Source: an uncultured virus (IMG/VR IMGVR_UViG_3300024999_000050)
Taxonomy: Duplodnaviria; Heunggongvirae; Uroviricota; Caudoviricetes
Strand: one strand, 5' to 3'
DNA length: 57,923 nt
Virus record (IMG/VR): IMGVR_UViG_3300024999_000050
Positions 1-10,751 of this stretch are shown piece by piece (the stretch's first letter is position 1; the number at the start of each line of letters is the position of its first letter). A program made the position numbers and the translations under genes. The notes under the pieces are model-generated. The model was not told the DNA's origin and did no database searches. It worked only from the letters and a program-made list of their open reading frames with translations.

Positions 1-1401
1 AAAAGGGGATATTGATCCAATAGAAAAATACCTATAAAGATCGAATTTATTAGGACAGTTTGCTTTCCTTATTTTTAGTTTATCTGAATTAATCATCGAC
101 ATTCCAGGGAAAAGTATTATGTTTGGGAGAAATCCCCGAACCCCCTCTTCCGGATGAACGACGTAAGCCCTAGAACTATGAATTTTATTACTATAAGCCG
201 AAGGATTAAATTTATAATTCATCAAAGAATCCAGATACGCTCTAGGATAATCCAAAACGGAAGATCCTGAAGGTCCCGATATTATTTTAGATCTTTCTGG
301 AGGCATACTATTAGGTGGGGCATTCCAACTAAGATATCCTGCTTGATACCTAGAACCATATTTAGATCTATGAATCATTATATTATCAATTCCATTTCCA
401 CAAAGAGAACCATAATTCTTAAGTATTGGCATTATAGAAGAATCTTCTGGGGAAATAAATGGATCGGAACTATCATAGTCTATAAAAGATTCTTTTGATT
501 CTAAGGCACTTCCGGTTATTATTACATCTGAATATTTATCTGTTTCAGAAAGAGACTCTATTTTACCCCAATATAGAGGTATTGAGGGAACTAGATTATT
601 TTCAAAATTGCCGGAATTGTCGGCTTGTAAAATAAAAAATAAAGAATTTTCATCTAAATGTCCAGATAATCTTAAAAGACTATCTGACCATAAGTTATTC
701 GTGCTTACTAAAAAACCTTCGTTATAGTTTGTATTCTTTACTTCTAAATCTGGTGTTCGTAGATTTATAGGAACTATGGGAGATTGCATACATTCTGGTT
801 TTGCAACAAAAATTTTAAAAACAGGACTGGCACTAAATTTCAAAAAACCAGTCTTTTTAATTTCTATATCCAAAGAAGCTTTCTTAAAATCACCCAATAT
901 ACCCTCATCCCATGCCATAACTACGTCTTCTCCGTCTGTGATATCTGGAATCTTTTCTGTCATATAAGTATAGATAGTAGAATTTCTTCTGTAGTTAGGG
1001 AATTTGGAAGTAACCCACTCACCAAGCAATTTGTAACCTGTTTTATCTTTGATTTCTATACCATTTTCAGGTGTTGGAATTTCTTCGGTATCTAATATTG
1101 GTACTATATCTACGGGAATAGATCCATAAAACATTTCAAAATATCCATAAGAAGCTAAACCGAAGTAAATATCAGGACTTTCTACACCTTCTGGTTTTTG
1201 TGGTGAAAAAATAAAATGCTCTGCAATATGAAATTCTATAGGAAAATTACTCTGTAAAGGAGAAATTGGGTTTATAAAATTCGCTCCAAAAACAACTTTC
1301 TTGAAATGCGATTCTAAAGTCCATCCTTCAGATTCCAATAATTCTTGAAACCCAATTTGAATTTTAGATTCTTCGATCATTTTCTCATCTATCCAAGGCA
1401 T
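1..1401 (-). CDS. Tail/virion structural protein, paralog 3 (partial, runs off left edge; absent from ORF track)
   Basis: GGAGG SD then ATG at 1401: MPWIDEKMIEESKF...ESEGWTLE. Shares motifs (NNLWSDS, ADNSGNFENNLVPSIPLYWG, NGIDNIMI, FNPSAYS, VHPEEGVRG) with the two upstream paralogs. Confidence 0.8.
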   Translation of the reverse strand, partial: MPWIDEKMIEESKIQIGFQELLESEGWTLESHFKKVVFGANFINPISPLQSNFPIEFHIAEHFIFSPQKPEGVESPDIYFGLASYGYFEMFYGSIPVDIVPILDTEEIPTPENGIEIKDKTGYKLLGEWVTSKFPNYRRNSTIYTYMTEKIPDITDGEDVVMAWDEGILGDFKKASLDIEIKKTGFLKFSASPVFKIFVAKPECMQSPIVPINLRTPDLEVKNTNYNEGFLVSTNNLWSDSLLRLSGHLDENSLFFILQADNSGNFENNLVPSIPLYWGKIESLSETDKYSDVIITGSALESKESFIDYDSSDPFISPEDSSIMPILKNYGSLCGNGIDNIMIHRSKYGSRYQAGYLSWNAPPNSMPPERSKIISGPSGSSVLDYPRAYLDSLMNYKFNPSAYSNKIHSSRAYVVHPEEGVRGFLPNIILFPGMSMINSDKLKIRKANCPNKFDLYRYFSIGSISPF

Positions 1402-1416
1402 TTCCTAAAACCTCCT

Positions 1417-3003
1417 TTATTCTGTTTTTTCAAAAATACCAATACCCATAGGTCTATAAACTGTGCTAGGCCTACTTGTAAATGGTGATATTCCACTTAT
1501 TTCTTTGAAGATATAATAATCGTATTTATTAGGACAAAATTCACTCGTAGCCTTCAATTTATCCTCATCTATTAAAGAAAGAGGATTTATTGCAACACAT
1601 AATCTTAAATTACCCCTAACTCCCTCTTCAGGGCTTATAACAGAAATCTCAGAAGACATTCCTTCTTCTGAATATCCCGAAGGATTAAATTGATAAAGAA
1701 ATTCATCTTCTGAATTCTGACCCCAAGACCTCGGATATTTATTATTCCCTATTCGGTCTGGAGATACTAGATTAGAAATAGTATTCCAAGACAGATAATG
1801 AGATTTATAATATGACCCGTTTTTATTTTTCATAACCATAACATTATTAATAGCATTTGCCGGATTCGATTCGTAAGTTTTAGATAACGGTAATATTGTT
1901 TCTATAGGTTCATTAGATGAATCATCAAAGTTATAATTTGTTTCGTTTGGAGTTGTTCCTGTTATTAATACTATTGTTCTTTCTTCTGTTTCTTCTAAAT
2001 CTATTTCTCCAAAATAAAAAGGAACTGTCGAAACAACATTTCCTTCAAAAGCAGAAGTATTGTCTGCCTCAATTATTAAAAATATAGTTCGGTAATCTAA
2101 TTGCCCTTTTACTTTAATATCACTATCTTCCCACCAATTAGTATCATAAATATCTATACCTAAATCATTATCCTTATAGACATTATCTAGAGAATGTCTT
2201 CTAATATTTATGGGAACTATTGGTGATTGCATTGTTTCAGGAAAATTGTCAACTTTCAATTCGTATTCATCCTCTAGAGGATTGTATTCAAAATAAGAAA
2301 TGGTTTCTTGGTCTAAAGAATAATTTTTAGCTGTATCATTGTCTTCCCAAGGAAAAAGTTCTTCTTCCTTATTTATAATCTCTTCTTGTAAACTTTCAAT
2401 CATATACGAATATAATGTAGATCTTTCAAAGTATTGTTTTGAAGAATCTATTAACCAGGAAGAAAAAACATTATCGGCAATTATTTTTGTATTCTCGTCT
2501 TCCAGATTGTCTTTTGGAGTAATAAACGGAAGTAATGATTTTTCTAGAATTTCTATTATAGTTTTTGTTGTTTCTAAATATAAGGCTAATCCAAAAGTTA
2601 ATCCATCTTGATTTTTGAAAATATAATGAGACGATATATTAAAATTCATAACAGAGGATAGGTTTACGTTATTGTAGAATAGAACATAAGCCCTATCATA
2701 AACTTTGCTCTCAATGTAAATATTATTTATCCCTGAAGAATATTCTTCTATAAGACCAGTTTCTTTTTCGAAAAGAAGAAATCCTCGGATAATACCCTCT
2801 GGAGCGTTTTTTAACCCCAGAGGTATTTCTAAAGTTGTTGTGTTTGCCGGAAGAGTTAATTCTATTTTTTCAATAATAAAAAACTCTTTAGGACAAACTA
2901 TCTTATTGTATTTCTTTAAAAGTTCCCAACCTTCAGGTTCTAATATTTCTGCAATTCCTTCTAAAAATAAACCTTCTTGGACTGTTGTATTTACCCAGGA
3001 CAT
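1417..3003 (-). CDS. Tail/virion structural protein, paralog 2
   Basis: 528 aa in distal tail module; motifs shared with neighbours (QSPIV, TNWW, ADNTSAFEGN, YPRS, FNPSGYS, PEEGVRG). Confidence 0.75.
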   Translation of the reverse strand: MSWVNTTVQEGLFLEGIAEILEPEGWELLKKYNKIVCPKEFFIIEKIELTLPANTTTLEIPLGLKNAPEGIIRGFLLFEKETGLIEEYSSGINNIYIESKVYDRAYVLFYNNVNLSSVMNFNISSHYIFKNQDGLTFGLALYLETTKTIIEILEKSLLPFITPKDNLEDENTKIIADNVFSSWLIDSSKQYFERSTLYSYMIESLQEEIINKEEELFPWEDNDTAKNYSLDQETISYFEYNPLEDEYELKVDNFPETMQSPIVPINIRRHSLDNVYKDNDLGIDIYDTNWWEDSDIKVKGQLDYRTIFLIIEADNTSAFEGNVVSTVPFYFGEIDLEETEERTIVLITGTTPNETNYNFDDSSNEPIETILPLSKTYESNPANAINNVMVMKNKNGSYYKSHYLSWNTISNLVSPDRIGNNKYPRSWGQNSEDEFLYQFNPSGYSEEGMSSEISVISPEEGVRGNLRLCVAINPLSLIDEDKLKATSEFCPNKYDYYIFKEISGISPFTSRPSTVYRPMGIGIFEKTE

Positions 3004-3431
3004 TATTGTTCATCCTCTATTATATCTTCTTCTGGATCTCTTAAAAACTGATAATTAACCCAGACATGATTTGCTACTTGACTTTGGTTATAGAATACTA
3101 ATAATATTGGAGTATTTGCAGGTATACTTTTTGCAACCATTAAAAATACCCCCTCTGGTATCTTTTTCATATAAATATTTTTCATAACTATCTTGTTATT
3201 AATGAATAATTTCCAATAATCAAATATTTCATATCTTTCTGCTGCTATAGACATTGATAACATTTCTGTATCAAAATCTAAAGTTAGTATTTTAGGTGTT
3301 TCTAAAACAGAATTATTTATCGGTAAAATAAGACCTTCAATATATGGTTCTGTTTTTGTTGGGAACCAGGGAGAGTTTAATCTTCCTCCGGCTAAATAAT
3401 TTACTGAAAAACTTTCAGCCAATCCCATCAC
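3003..3431 (-). CDS. Small tail-module protein
   Basis: 142 aa, beta-rich, stop/start overlap with the next gene, SD present. Confidence 0.65.
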   Translation of the reverse strand: MMGLAESFSVNYLAGGRLNSPWFPTKTEPYIEGLILPINNSVLETPKILTLDFDTEMLSMSIAAERYEIFDYWKLFINNKIVMKNIYMKKIPEGVFLMVAKSIPANTPILLVFYNQSQVANHVWVNYQFLRDPEEDIIEDEQ

Positions 3432-3470
3432 TCCCCTTTCAATAATTTATCTCTAAGCGTAAGAAAATAT

Positions 3471-5747
3471 TTATTGCAATGTTAATACAAATGTGGAATT
3501 TACATTAGGGTTAGTCCTACTAGAGATAGTAAATGTTGTTGTTCCTACACTTTTGAATCTTACATGATAATAAGCGTTTCTGGCTAAAGGAGCTTCTATT
3601 ACTACATAAACTTCTGCTACTTCTGGATTACTTGATGTCCAAAAAACTTCATCCAATAAAGTATCTTGTGGTTGTAGATCCCATAAAACAAATTGCAATA
3701 CAGAAATATCGCTAAAAGGAGTTGTTAAGAAACCTTCAGGATAAATTCTTCCTATCGGTCCTCCACCATCCACATCAAAAAGAGCTTTTATAGGAATAGA
3801 TGTAGGCCCATCTGTAGAAGGAGGATCTTCAGGAGGATCTTCAGGAGGATCTTCAGGAGGATCTTCAGGAGTTTCGATTGGAGTTATAATAAATTCTCCA
3901 GTAACAACCTCGCTAAAATTACCCTCTCCGTCCGTTGCCACTACATTGATTGTAGTGGTTTCTTCAATCACAAAAGGACCTAAATAATCTATGGATGTTT
4001 CAGATTCTATTGGATTAGTTTCATCCGTTGTATATATAATAGCGTTACCATTAGAAATAAAAGAAACAGAAACTCTATTTTCGTAAGTTCCAAAAGAATC
4101 TAACCCCAAATATGGTTCTTCTATTATTTTTTCTGATAATTCTAAAAGACCAATACCTATATATCTGTAAGGTGTCCCTGGTCTTTTCGTAAATGGAGAA
4201 ACAGATTCTATTATTCTAAAAGAATAAATGTCAAACAAACTAGGACACTCTCTTCTTACTTTCAATTTATCCATCCCTGATATTAAAGATAGAGGATTTA
4301 TTGCTATGCAAAATCTTAGAGATCCAAGTATTCCGTCTTCTGGATGGATAACATATATCTTTGAGGAAACAGAATTATTTTCATTTTCTTCTGAATATCC
4401 CGAAGGATTAAATTGATAAAGAAATTCATCTTCTCCGTAATAAGACCTTGGATACTGATACCCTTCAGAACTCTTCCTGTTAGGTCTTGCAAGGTCTGAA
4501 ATCGTATTCCATGATAAGTAGCATCTTTGATAAAAAGAACCATTATTTGTTCTCCTCATCATTACATTATCAATTCCATTCCCAGGATAACTTTTATAAC
4601 TTTTCAGCAATGGAAATATAGGAGTCTGTGTTATTTCTGTATTATCAAATTCAAAAGATTTAATTTCGTCTAAAGATAAATTGGGAACTGTCCCAGCTAT
4701 TAAAATTGGAGTCGTTTCTCCTCTTCCAGAATCTTGAGGCTTATCTAAATCGCCAAAATAAAGAGGTATCGCTGGAATGACATTTCCCTCAAAAGAAGGA
4801 GTATTATCAGTTTGAAATATAAGAAAAATAGTCCTTGAATCTATTCTTCCAACGACGGATATTTTGCTATTTTTCCACCAGTTTGTATTCATCTTTTTAA
4901 TCTTCAAAGTATTGTCGTAACTATAATCCTCTAAATCTGGTTTTCTTAAATTCATTTCTATTATTGGTGATTGCATAATTTGAGGATAACCTTTACTTTT
5001 AACTTCTTCTTTTTCATTCCAATAAGTTTCTGTTTCTACATCTAAGCATACTCTTTTTATATCATCGTTTTCTTTGCTAAAAAAAATAAAAGAGTTTTTA
5101 ATAATAGAAATATCGTGGTCACTTAAAAGATGATCACTAAGAGATTTCAAAGAATAAACATACCAAGATGAAGGGAAAACTCTTTTAGACATTGTTTTAT
5201 TAAGAATACTTCCGATACAATCTTCTTCGTTTTTAATAATCATCCTGTCCACCCCAGGTACAGTTATCGGCATAGAATTATTATTAAGTAACGAAAACAC
5301 AGACTCTTTTATTTCTAAATAAAAAGAAATACCCAAAATAAATCTTTCGTCAAAAATACTTTGAAAAATATAATGAATACCAACAGAGGTTTCTAAGATC
5401 TCCCCTTCTTCTATTGGGCTTATATACATATCTACTGAATCTAGGTCATCTCTTTCTATAACTATAACCGGCCCTAGTATATCAGAAACTATTTCTTCTC
5501 CATCTTTGAATAAATAATAATTTCTATATTTTTTGCTATTAATACGCTTAATTTCTTGAGGTATTGGGATATAACTAAAATCATCATTTCTTAATACCGG
5601 AATGGTTATCCTTTTAGGTTTAATAAAATCTGAGGGAATAACCATTCTGCTATATTTACTTTCCAAACCCCAACCGTTACTCTCCATAACATTTGTTAAG
5701 TCTTCAATTGGGCTCCCTTCAGATATTTTTGTATTTACCCAAACCAT
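3471..5747 (-). CDS. Tail/virion structural protein, paralog 1, with C-terminal Fn3-associated (CHB_HEX_C-like) domain, PEDP linker and Big_2-type Ig domain
   Basis: IIYTTDETNP...YLGPFVIEETTTINVVA motif; (EDPP)4 linker; VFWTSSNPEVAEV Ig motif. Confidence 0.75.
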   Translation of the reverse strand: MVWVNTKISEGSPIEDLTNVMESNGWGLESKYSRMVIPSDFIKPKRITIPVLRNDDFSYIPIPQEIKRINSKKYRNYYLFKDGEEIVSDILGPVIVIERDDLDSVDMYISPIEEGEILETSVGIHYIFQSIFDERFILGISFYLEIKESVFSLLNNNSMPITVPGVDRMIIKNEEDCIGSILNKTMSKRVFPSSWYVYSLKSLSDHLLSDHDISIIKNSFIFFSKENDDIKRVCLDVETETYWNEKEEVKSKGYPQIMQSPIIEMNLRKPDLEDYSYDNTLKIKKMNTNWWKNSKISVVGRIDSRTIFLIFQTDNTPSFEGNVIPAIPLYFGDLDKPQDSGRGETTPILIAGTVPNLSLDEIKSFEFDNTEITQTPIFPLLKSYKSYPGNGIDNVMMRRTNNGSFYQRCYLSWNTISDLARPNRKSSEGYQYPRSYYGEDEFLYQFNPSGYSEENENNSVSSKIYVIHPEDGILGSLRFCIAINPLSLISGMDKLKVRRECPSLFDIYSFRIIESVSPFTKRPGTPYRYIGIGLLELSEKIIEEPYLGLDSFGTYENRVSVSFISNGNAIIYTTDETNPIESETSIDYLGPFVIEETTTINVVATDGEGNFSEVVTGEFIITPIETPEDPPEDPPEDPPEDPPSTDGPTSIPIKALFDVDGGGPIGRIYPEGFLTTPFSDISVLQFVLWDLQPQDTLLDEVFWTSSNPEVAEVYVVIEAPLARNAYYHVRFKSVGTTTFTISSRTNPNVNSTFVLTLQ
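3819..3871. repeat. 12-bp tandem repeat (AGGAGGATCTTC x4.4) encoding the EDPP linker
   Basis: Directly visible. Confidence 0.95.
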
Positions 5748-5748
5748 A

Positions 5749-6129
5749 CTATACGTCCTCCAATGGAGGATCGTCTATTTCTACAACTTGTTTTATAATA
5801 ACGTCTGTCAATCTATTAAGATCATCGTAAGTTAATGCCGTTTCTGTTTTTCCCTGCAATGTTTCTGTAAATACTTTTTCTAATCTATTTTTTATTTCAA
5901 CCAGAGAAATAATACTACTACCTGTTACTACTTTTTCTAATCTCCCTTTGTTTTCAGAATTATAAAAAAGTCTAATATGTTCATCTGGAATAAATACCTC
6001 TTCAGGAGTATTTATTACTACCGTTGGAGATGTTGAAGAAGAATTCTGAGTTCTATTTCCATCCGTTATTTTATTTTGAAACCATCTATCTATAAATTCG
6101 GATAATTGCTGTTCCATCGTTCCGATCAT
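5749..6129 (-). CDS. Hypothetical tail-module protein
   Basis: 126 aa, SD, co-oriented. Confidence 0.6.
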   Translation of the reverse strand: MIGTMEQQLSEFIDRWFQNKITDGNRTQNSSSTSPTVVINTPEEVFIPDEHIRLFYNSENKGRLEKVVTGSSIISLVEIKNRLEKVFTETLQGKTETALTYDDLNRLTDVIIKQVVEIDDPPLEDV

Positions 6130-6144
6130 AATTCATCACTCCCT

Positions 6145-7908
6145 TTACGCTCCAGTCCAACTATCTCTCTTGGGACCGGTATCTACATGAACAAATCCGC
6201 TTGAATATAAGGCTACTCCACCAAATCCTAATTCTCTAGCTTTTGAAGCTATCAATTGGAGAGTGGAAGAAGAACCGTCGATAGGGGAGATATCGGCAGC
6301 CATACCTTTTATATGATAAGAATTTAAAGCTGCCCCGGAAAGAGTAGCATTATATTCTGGAGTTCTATATCCACTATTTATATTAACTCCTACCCCAATA
6401 GCATTTCTTAATTGTTCTAACAATTTTATTAATTTTGGTTGAACCATAACGGAATTATCGGCATGACAAGCAAATTCATCTTCATTAAAATGCTCTGATA
6501 TCTGTCTACCTCCAGATTGATGTTTAATAAAAAAGTATAAAGCATCGGAGGTTTCTTGATCGTAGCTAGTGTTAGCTGACAGTCCGGCAGCAGTTTTAAA
6601 ATTCTTTAAAGATATTCCTATTTCTATACTATAAATACCGTTAACTACTCCACCATAATAACCACCGTTTTTTAATTGCTGTTGAATATATTCAATTTGT
6701 TCCGATGTTAACTTCTGAATATCTGTAGTAGGAGTGGAAGTTGTACTTGTAGGAGTAGATGTATTAGATGTTGTAGTTTCTTCAATCTTGCTCCACACTC
6801 CCGTAAAGAAAAATGTTTTTAAATCATAAAACTTCAAAACATCCTCCCAATTATCATAAGCTATATCTTCTTTGGTTTCTTTCGTTATCTTTACTTCACC
6901 GATACAAGCTTTTCCCCAAGGTCCAAGTATCGGGAGTTGATAAAAACCATTCCCTTTATATTCCCCTTGGGTTTCACCCTCAACAACTACAGGGGCAGTA
7001 GGATCGGCAGGATTCCCACCTAAAGCCTCCCATTGCTCTATTATTTTCTGGACGTAATCTTTAGTTTCAGTCGGGGCATGATTTAAAGCCTCTTCTCTAC
7101 CATATTTCCGAACAGCTTTCTCGACATTCCCCGGTCCCCAATTATAGGCTGCCAGAGCAAACCTAACGTCTCCGTTTACTTGTTTAAGATATTCAGAAAA
7201 TAACTTAACACCACCCTGAATATTTTGCAAATAATCGTAAGCGTTAGTTATTCCTAAATATCTATTGTTTGAAGGTAATATTTGCATTAATCCGGAACAA
7301 CCAGATTTTTTATTTAAAGCTTTAGCGTTAAAACCAGATTCTTTCTTAATTATCATGGCTGTTAATCTAGGATCTACTCCAGCAGCAGAACTTACGGTAT
7401 TTATAGTATCTGCATACGGACCATCCCATTTACCAGATGTCATTCTATAGGTTTTTGATACATCTATTGTTTCTATTTTTGTTAAATCATCAACTACTAT
7501 TTTATAATATCTCCAGATTAATTCTAAATCCCCGTAGGGGAGATATATTTTCTCACTCTTCTTCCAGACGGAAGGTGAATGAGTTGTTTTTCTTATCGAA
7601 TTGTTTATAAGAAATGCTAAATAATCTTGAGGCATCCCACCAACACAATAGGTATACTCTAAATAATATGCCTCGTCTAAAGAAGTTCTTTCTGGTATTG
7701 TTATGTTTAAAATAAGATCTGAATAAAATTCTGAAGTATTTTCTTTATAATAAGTATCTGATTCTTGAAGTAGGTCTGGGAATAAATTATCCGCTTGTTG
7801 TATCGGAGGAGGGGCTAAAGGATAAGACATTCCAGAGCTACCTATATTGGTAAAAGTATTACTTCCGATACCTAACCAGTTATTAACTGGTTCTATTACA
7901 ACCGACAT
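6145..7908 (-). CDS. Tail-associated lysin: SLT lytic transglycosylase + PG-binding domain + peptidase M15A
   Basis: ES..F...A...SGCSGLMQI, ALAAYNWGPG, ETKDYV (SLT); IQQQLKNGGYY...GIY (PG_binding_1); INSGYRTPEYN, SYHIKGMAADI, FVHVD (M15). Confidence 0.9.
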   Translation of the reverse strand: MSVVIEPVNNWLGIGSNTFTNIGSSGMSYPLAPPPIQQADNLFPDLLQESDTYYKENTSEFYSDLILNITIPERTSLDEAYYLEYTYCVGGMPQDYLAFLINNSIRKTTHSPSVWKKSEKIYLPYGDLELIWRYYKIVVDDLTKIETIDVSKTYRMTSGKWDGPYADTINTVSSAAGVDPRLTAMIIKKESGFNAKALNKKSGCSGLMQILPSNNRYLGITNAYDYLQNIQGGVKLFSEYLKQVNGDVRFALAAYNWGPGNVEKAVRKYGREEALNHAPTETKDYVQKIIEQWEALGGNPADPTAPVVVEGETQGEYKGNGFYQLPILGPWGKACIGEVKITKETKEDIAYDNWEDVLKFYDLKTFFFTGVWSKIEETTTSNTSTPTSTTSTPTTDIQKLTSEQIEYIQQQLKNGGYYGGVVNGIYSIEIGISLKNFKTAAGLSANTSYDQETSDALYFFIKHQSGGRQISEHFNEDEFACHADNSVMVQPKLIKLLEQLRNAIGVGVNINSGYRTPEYNATLSGAALNSYHIKGMAADISPIDGSSSTLQLIASKARELGFGGVALYSSGFVHVDTGPKRDSWTGA

Positions 7909-7920
7909 ATTCTCACCTCT

Positions 7921-9459
7921 TTAGGAAGGTTTTTTATATAAAATAGTATAGGGTGGTTCTGATAATCTTTTTTCCATTAAAATTCCGTCAGACCATACTT
8001 CTATGATTTCTGGATGAGGTTCTTCATTTAGAGGTTTTTCAGGAACGTCAGAAGGAACCTCTACATTGTCTGGGGTTATAGGTATTGGATCATTTGCATT
8101 ACTAATCGCTACACCCCAACCTTCCGCTTCATTATGTTGGATACCAAAAGGGAAAGGATTTAATTCTGATTGAAAAGTTTTATAAAAACCAGGATTTAAT
8201 GTTGTTTTGTAAGTATCAAAAGACTCAAAAAAGAAAGTTTCTTCAACTGGTTTTTTTGGAATAACAACACTTCTTTCCTCAACAACATAAGATAGATTTT
8301 GACATGATTCGTATTCTATATTGTCTAAATAGACCCCAGAAGTATTGAAAGATGTCTTTATTCCAACAACCCTATACTTAGAATTTATACCGGTTCCTAC
8401 ATTTCTCAGACGTATTAAGTCGGCTATCTTTATATTAGGGTTTCCTGTAGAAACAAAACTACCTGTTTTGAATTTTCTTAAAATATCTCTAAAAAATTTC
8501 CTTGCAGCTACTTCTCTTTTTTCTCTTGTATCTCCCCACCAAAGAGGAATTTGAGATACTTTTCTTCTCCCTTTTGCTATTTCATTAAATAAATAATCAT
8601 TTCTAAAAAGATTAAATCCGCTACCACCAAAAACCATAACATGAGTTCTTATTTTTTGATCATCTATATCCATACTTAATTCTTTTAAACCTACCCAGTC
8701 TGTATATAGGTGATCTTCCGGCCAAGTAGCATCGTAAATATCTTCTTTGAAATAAATAACACCTTCAGCATTATCTCCAATTCTATGATTCAGAGTTTTT
8801 GCTATGCTAGAAACAGAATCACTCAAAAACTCTCCATACTTAAATTCTACACTCTCTATTGTATATGGAACATAATCTCCCCTGGAACCGTCCCAAATCA
8901 TAACCTCTTCAAACATAACAGGAAGTCCGGTACACCTATCAATTAAGTCTCCCATTATACTTCCGGCAGACCACCAATGATAAGTATAGGAACCCCCAGG
9001 GGGTTCTAGTATATGTTCCTGAATTATTTTATACATACTTAAAACTCTAAGAGTCATTGTGTTAGGAAATCCAGCAAAACTGACTTTATCTATTAAACCA
9101 GTGAATCTTTTCTTTATATTGTTTCCGTAACCTAACCAAATTTCTACTTTTGTATTTGGTAGAAACAAATTCTTAAAATTAAATGGTTGAAGATTTATTT
9201 CTGGAAATTTAGCTGCATCATAAAATGGAGAATAACTACCCATAGGATTATCTATCTTTATTGTTGCTTCAGAACATGGAGTATCTATCTTTTGATCTAT
9301 ATCTACAGAAACAGTTTTTTCAAAAATTAGACCAGTATAAATACCACTACTATCTGTATAAAAAAACTTTACAATACATCTTGGTTTTTTATCTCCAATC
9401 GCTAATTTAGACTGGAGATAATCAAGATTACTTTTAGAAGTGAATGGCTGTATAATCAT
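7921..9459 (-). CDS. Tail tip/baseplate hub protein (gp27/Tal N-terminal-like)
   Basis: KVEIWLGY...FTGLID motif; two genes after the tape measure; probable start ATG 9459 (ATGA overlap). Confidence 0.65.
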   Translation of the reverse strand: MIIQPFTSKSNLDYLQSKLAIGDKKPRCIVKFFYTDSSGIYTGLIFEKTVSVDIDQKIDTPCSEATIKIDNPMGSYSPFYDAAKFPEINLQPFNFKNLFLPNTKVEIWLGYGNNIKKRFTGLIDKVSFAGFPNTMTLRVLSMYKIIQEHILEPPGGSYTYHWWSAGSIMGDLIDRCTGLPVMFEEVMIWDGSRGDYVPYTIESVEFKYGEFLSDSVSSIAKTLNHRIGDNAEGVIYFKEDIYDATWPEDHLYTDWVGLKELSMDIDDQKIRTHVMVFGGSGFNLFRNDYLFNEIAKGRRKVSQIPLWWGDTREKREVAARKFFRDILRKFKTGSFVSTGNPNIKIADLIRLRNVGTGINSKYRVVGIKTSFNTSGVYLDNIEYESCQNLSYVVEERSVVIPKKPVEETFFFESFDTYKTTLNPGFYKTFQSELNPFPFGIQHNEAEGWGVAISNANDPIPITPDNVEVPSDVPEKPLNEEPHPEIIEVWSDGILMEKRLSEPPYTILYKKPS

Positions 9460-10748
9460 GCTCCTACACCTGCCATTTGAGGACAGTGTAGCTTGCAAGA
9501 GACAATATAAGCACAGTTAGCCCCAATTTTACTTATATCATCTTCCAGAACGAAAACGCCTACATATGGGATACATAATTCATCTACCCATATATAAGCC
9601 TTGTCCAGATTTTTTATAAAGTCCAAATAAGCATCGTTTTCATATATGTATAATTTCATACTGAAAACAGTACCTTTATATGCTCCCCGTTGCCACCCAG
9701 AAAAACCGTCTATAACCGAAGTCTCAGCCATAACTATTTCTGGTCTTCCAGGTTTATACTCCATTATTTCTATATCATTCAATGGGGGAAACTTATAATA
9801 CTCTATTAATCCAAGTTCTGCGTAAGACCCCTCTTCTTCTATTTCAAAAATCCAAGTAAAAGTATGTTCTCCGGCAGGAAATATAAAATAGGTATCAAAC
9901 AATTCCCAAGGGTGAATTCCTTTCCATGATACTTTTAATATTCCATCTATGAAAAAACTAAGTTTACTTTTTTGATTATTTGTTTCTTTTAAATTAACAA
10001 AAATTCTTCTTGTAAATTTAACAACTCCAGGTTTGTTAAATGTTTTTTCCTGCGTATAAACACATCTAGATCCTATTTCTTTTTCTTTACTTTTTAGAAT
10101 ACTCCAAGGAACTCCCGTTTCCCAAGAAGAACCTGTGACAATATTCCAGTCTTCAGAAGAAGAGGATGAGCCAGCCGTTATATTTCCCATAAGTATTTCT
10201 ACAATACAATAATGATCAAAATATTCTGTAATGTATGCTCCAGATTGAGAAATTCCACTACCATTAAATCCACCGATTAATGTTTCTGGTTTTTCTATAT
10301 ATTCTGTTTCTTCAACACTTCCTGTTGCAGCTAAAATCTGCCAACCGTTTGCTGGGGAGGTAGAGACATCCGGCCAGAGTGCTATATAATAAGTTCCTTC
10401 CAACAAATAAAGGTTATCGAAACTTATCCATAAATCCGCTTTTCCTGGTGATGTAACTGATCTTATAGCTTCGGCAGAAGAAATATATTCTAAGGAAGTA
10501 CCGTCTGTTTTGTATACATTAACTAGACATTTAAAGTATCCTCCCTGCGATATACAGTTAAGAATAGCTTTGGCCTGTGTTAAATAGCCATCTTTTATTA
10601 CTTTAAAAAATGTTCCATGTCCCATATTTGCTATGAAATTATTTTGATTCTGATCTCCAAATTTAGCTGATTCATAATCAAAGTTTTCAGAATATGTTGG
10701 AGATGTATCATCTATTCTGTATAATTTAAAACAGTCTGTAAAAGACAT
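9456..10748 (-). CDS. Distal tail-like protein with probable carbohydrate-binding beta domains
   Basis: Immediately follows the tape measure; PAGEHTFTW beta-sandwich motif. Confidence 0.55.
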   Translation of the reverse strand: MSFTDCFKLYRIDDTSPTYSENFDYESAKFGDQNQNNFIANMGHGTFFKVIKDGYLTQAKAILNCISQGGYFKCLVNVYKTDGTSLEYISSAEAIRSVTSPGKADLWISFDNLYLLEGTYYIALWPDVSTSPANGWQILAATGSVEETEYIEKPETLIGGFNGSGISQSGAYITEYFDHYCIVEILMGNITAGSSSSSEDWNIVTGSSWETGVPWSILKSKEKEIGSRCVYTQEKTFNKPGVVKFTRRIFVNLKETNNQKSKLSFFIDGILKVSWKGIHPWELFDTYFIFPAGEHTFTWIFEIEEEGSYAELGLIEYYKFPPLNDIEIMEYKPGRPEIVMAETSVIDGFSGWQRGAYKGTVFSMKLYIYENDAYLDFIKNLDKAYIWVDELCIPYVGVFVLEDDISKIGANCAYIVSCKLHCPQMAGVGA

Positions 10749-10751
10749 TTA

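Noticed and set aside
1663..4434. Diversity-generating retroelement TR/VR pair
   Set aside because: The repeat is identical with no adenine-specific mismatches, and no reverse transcriptase is in the window
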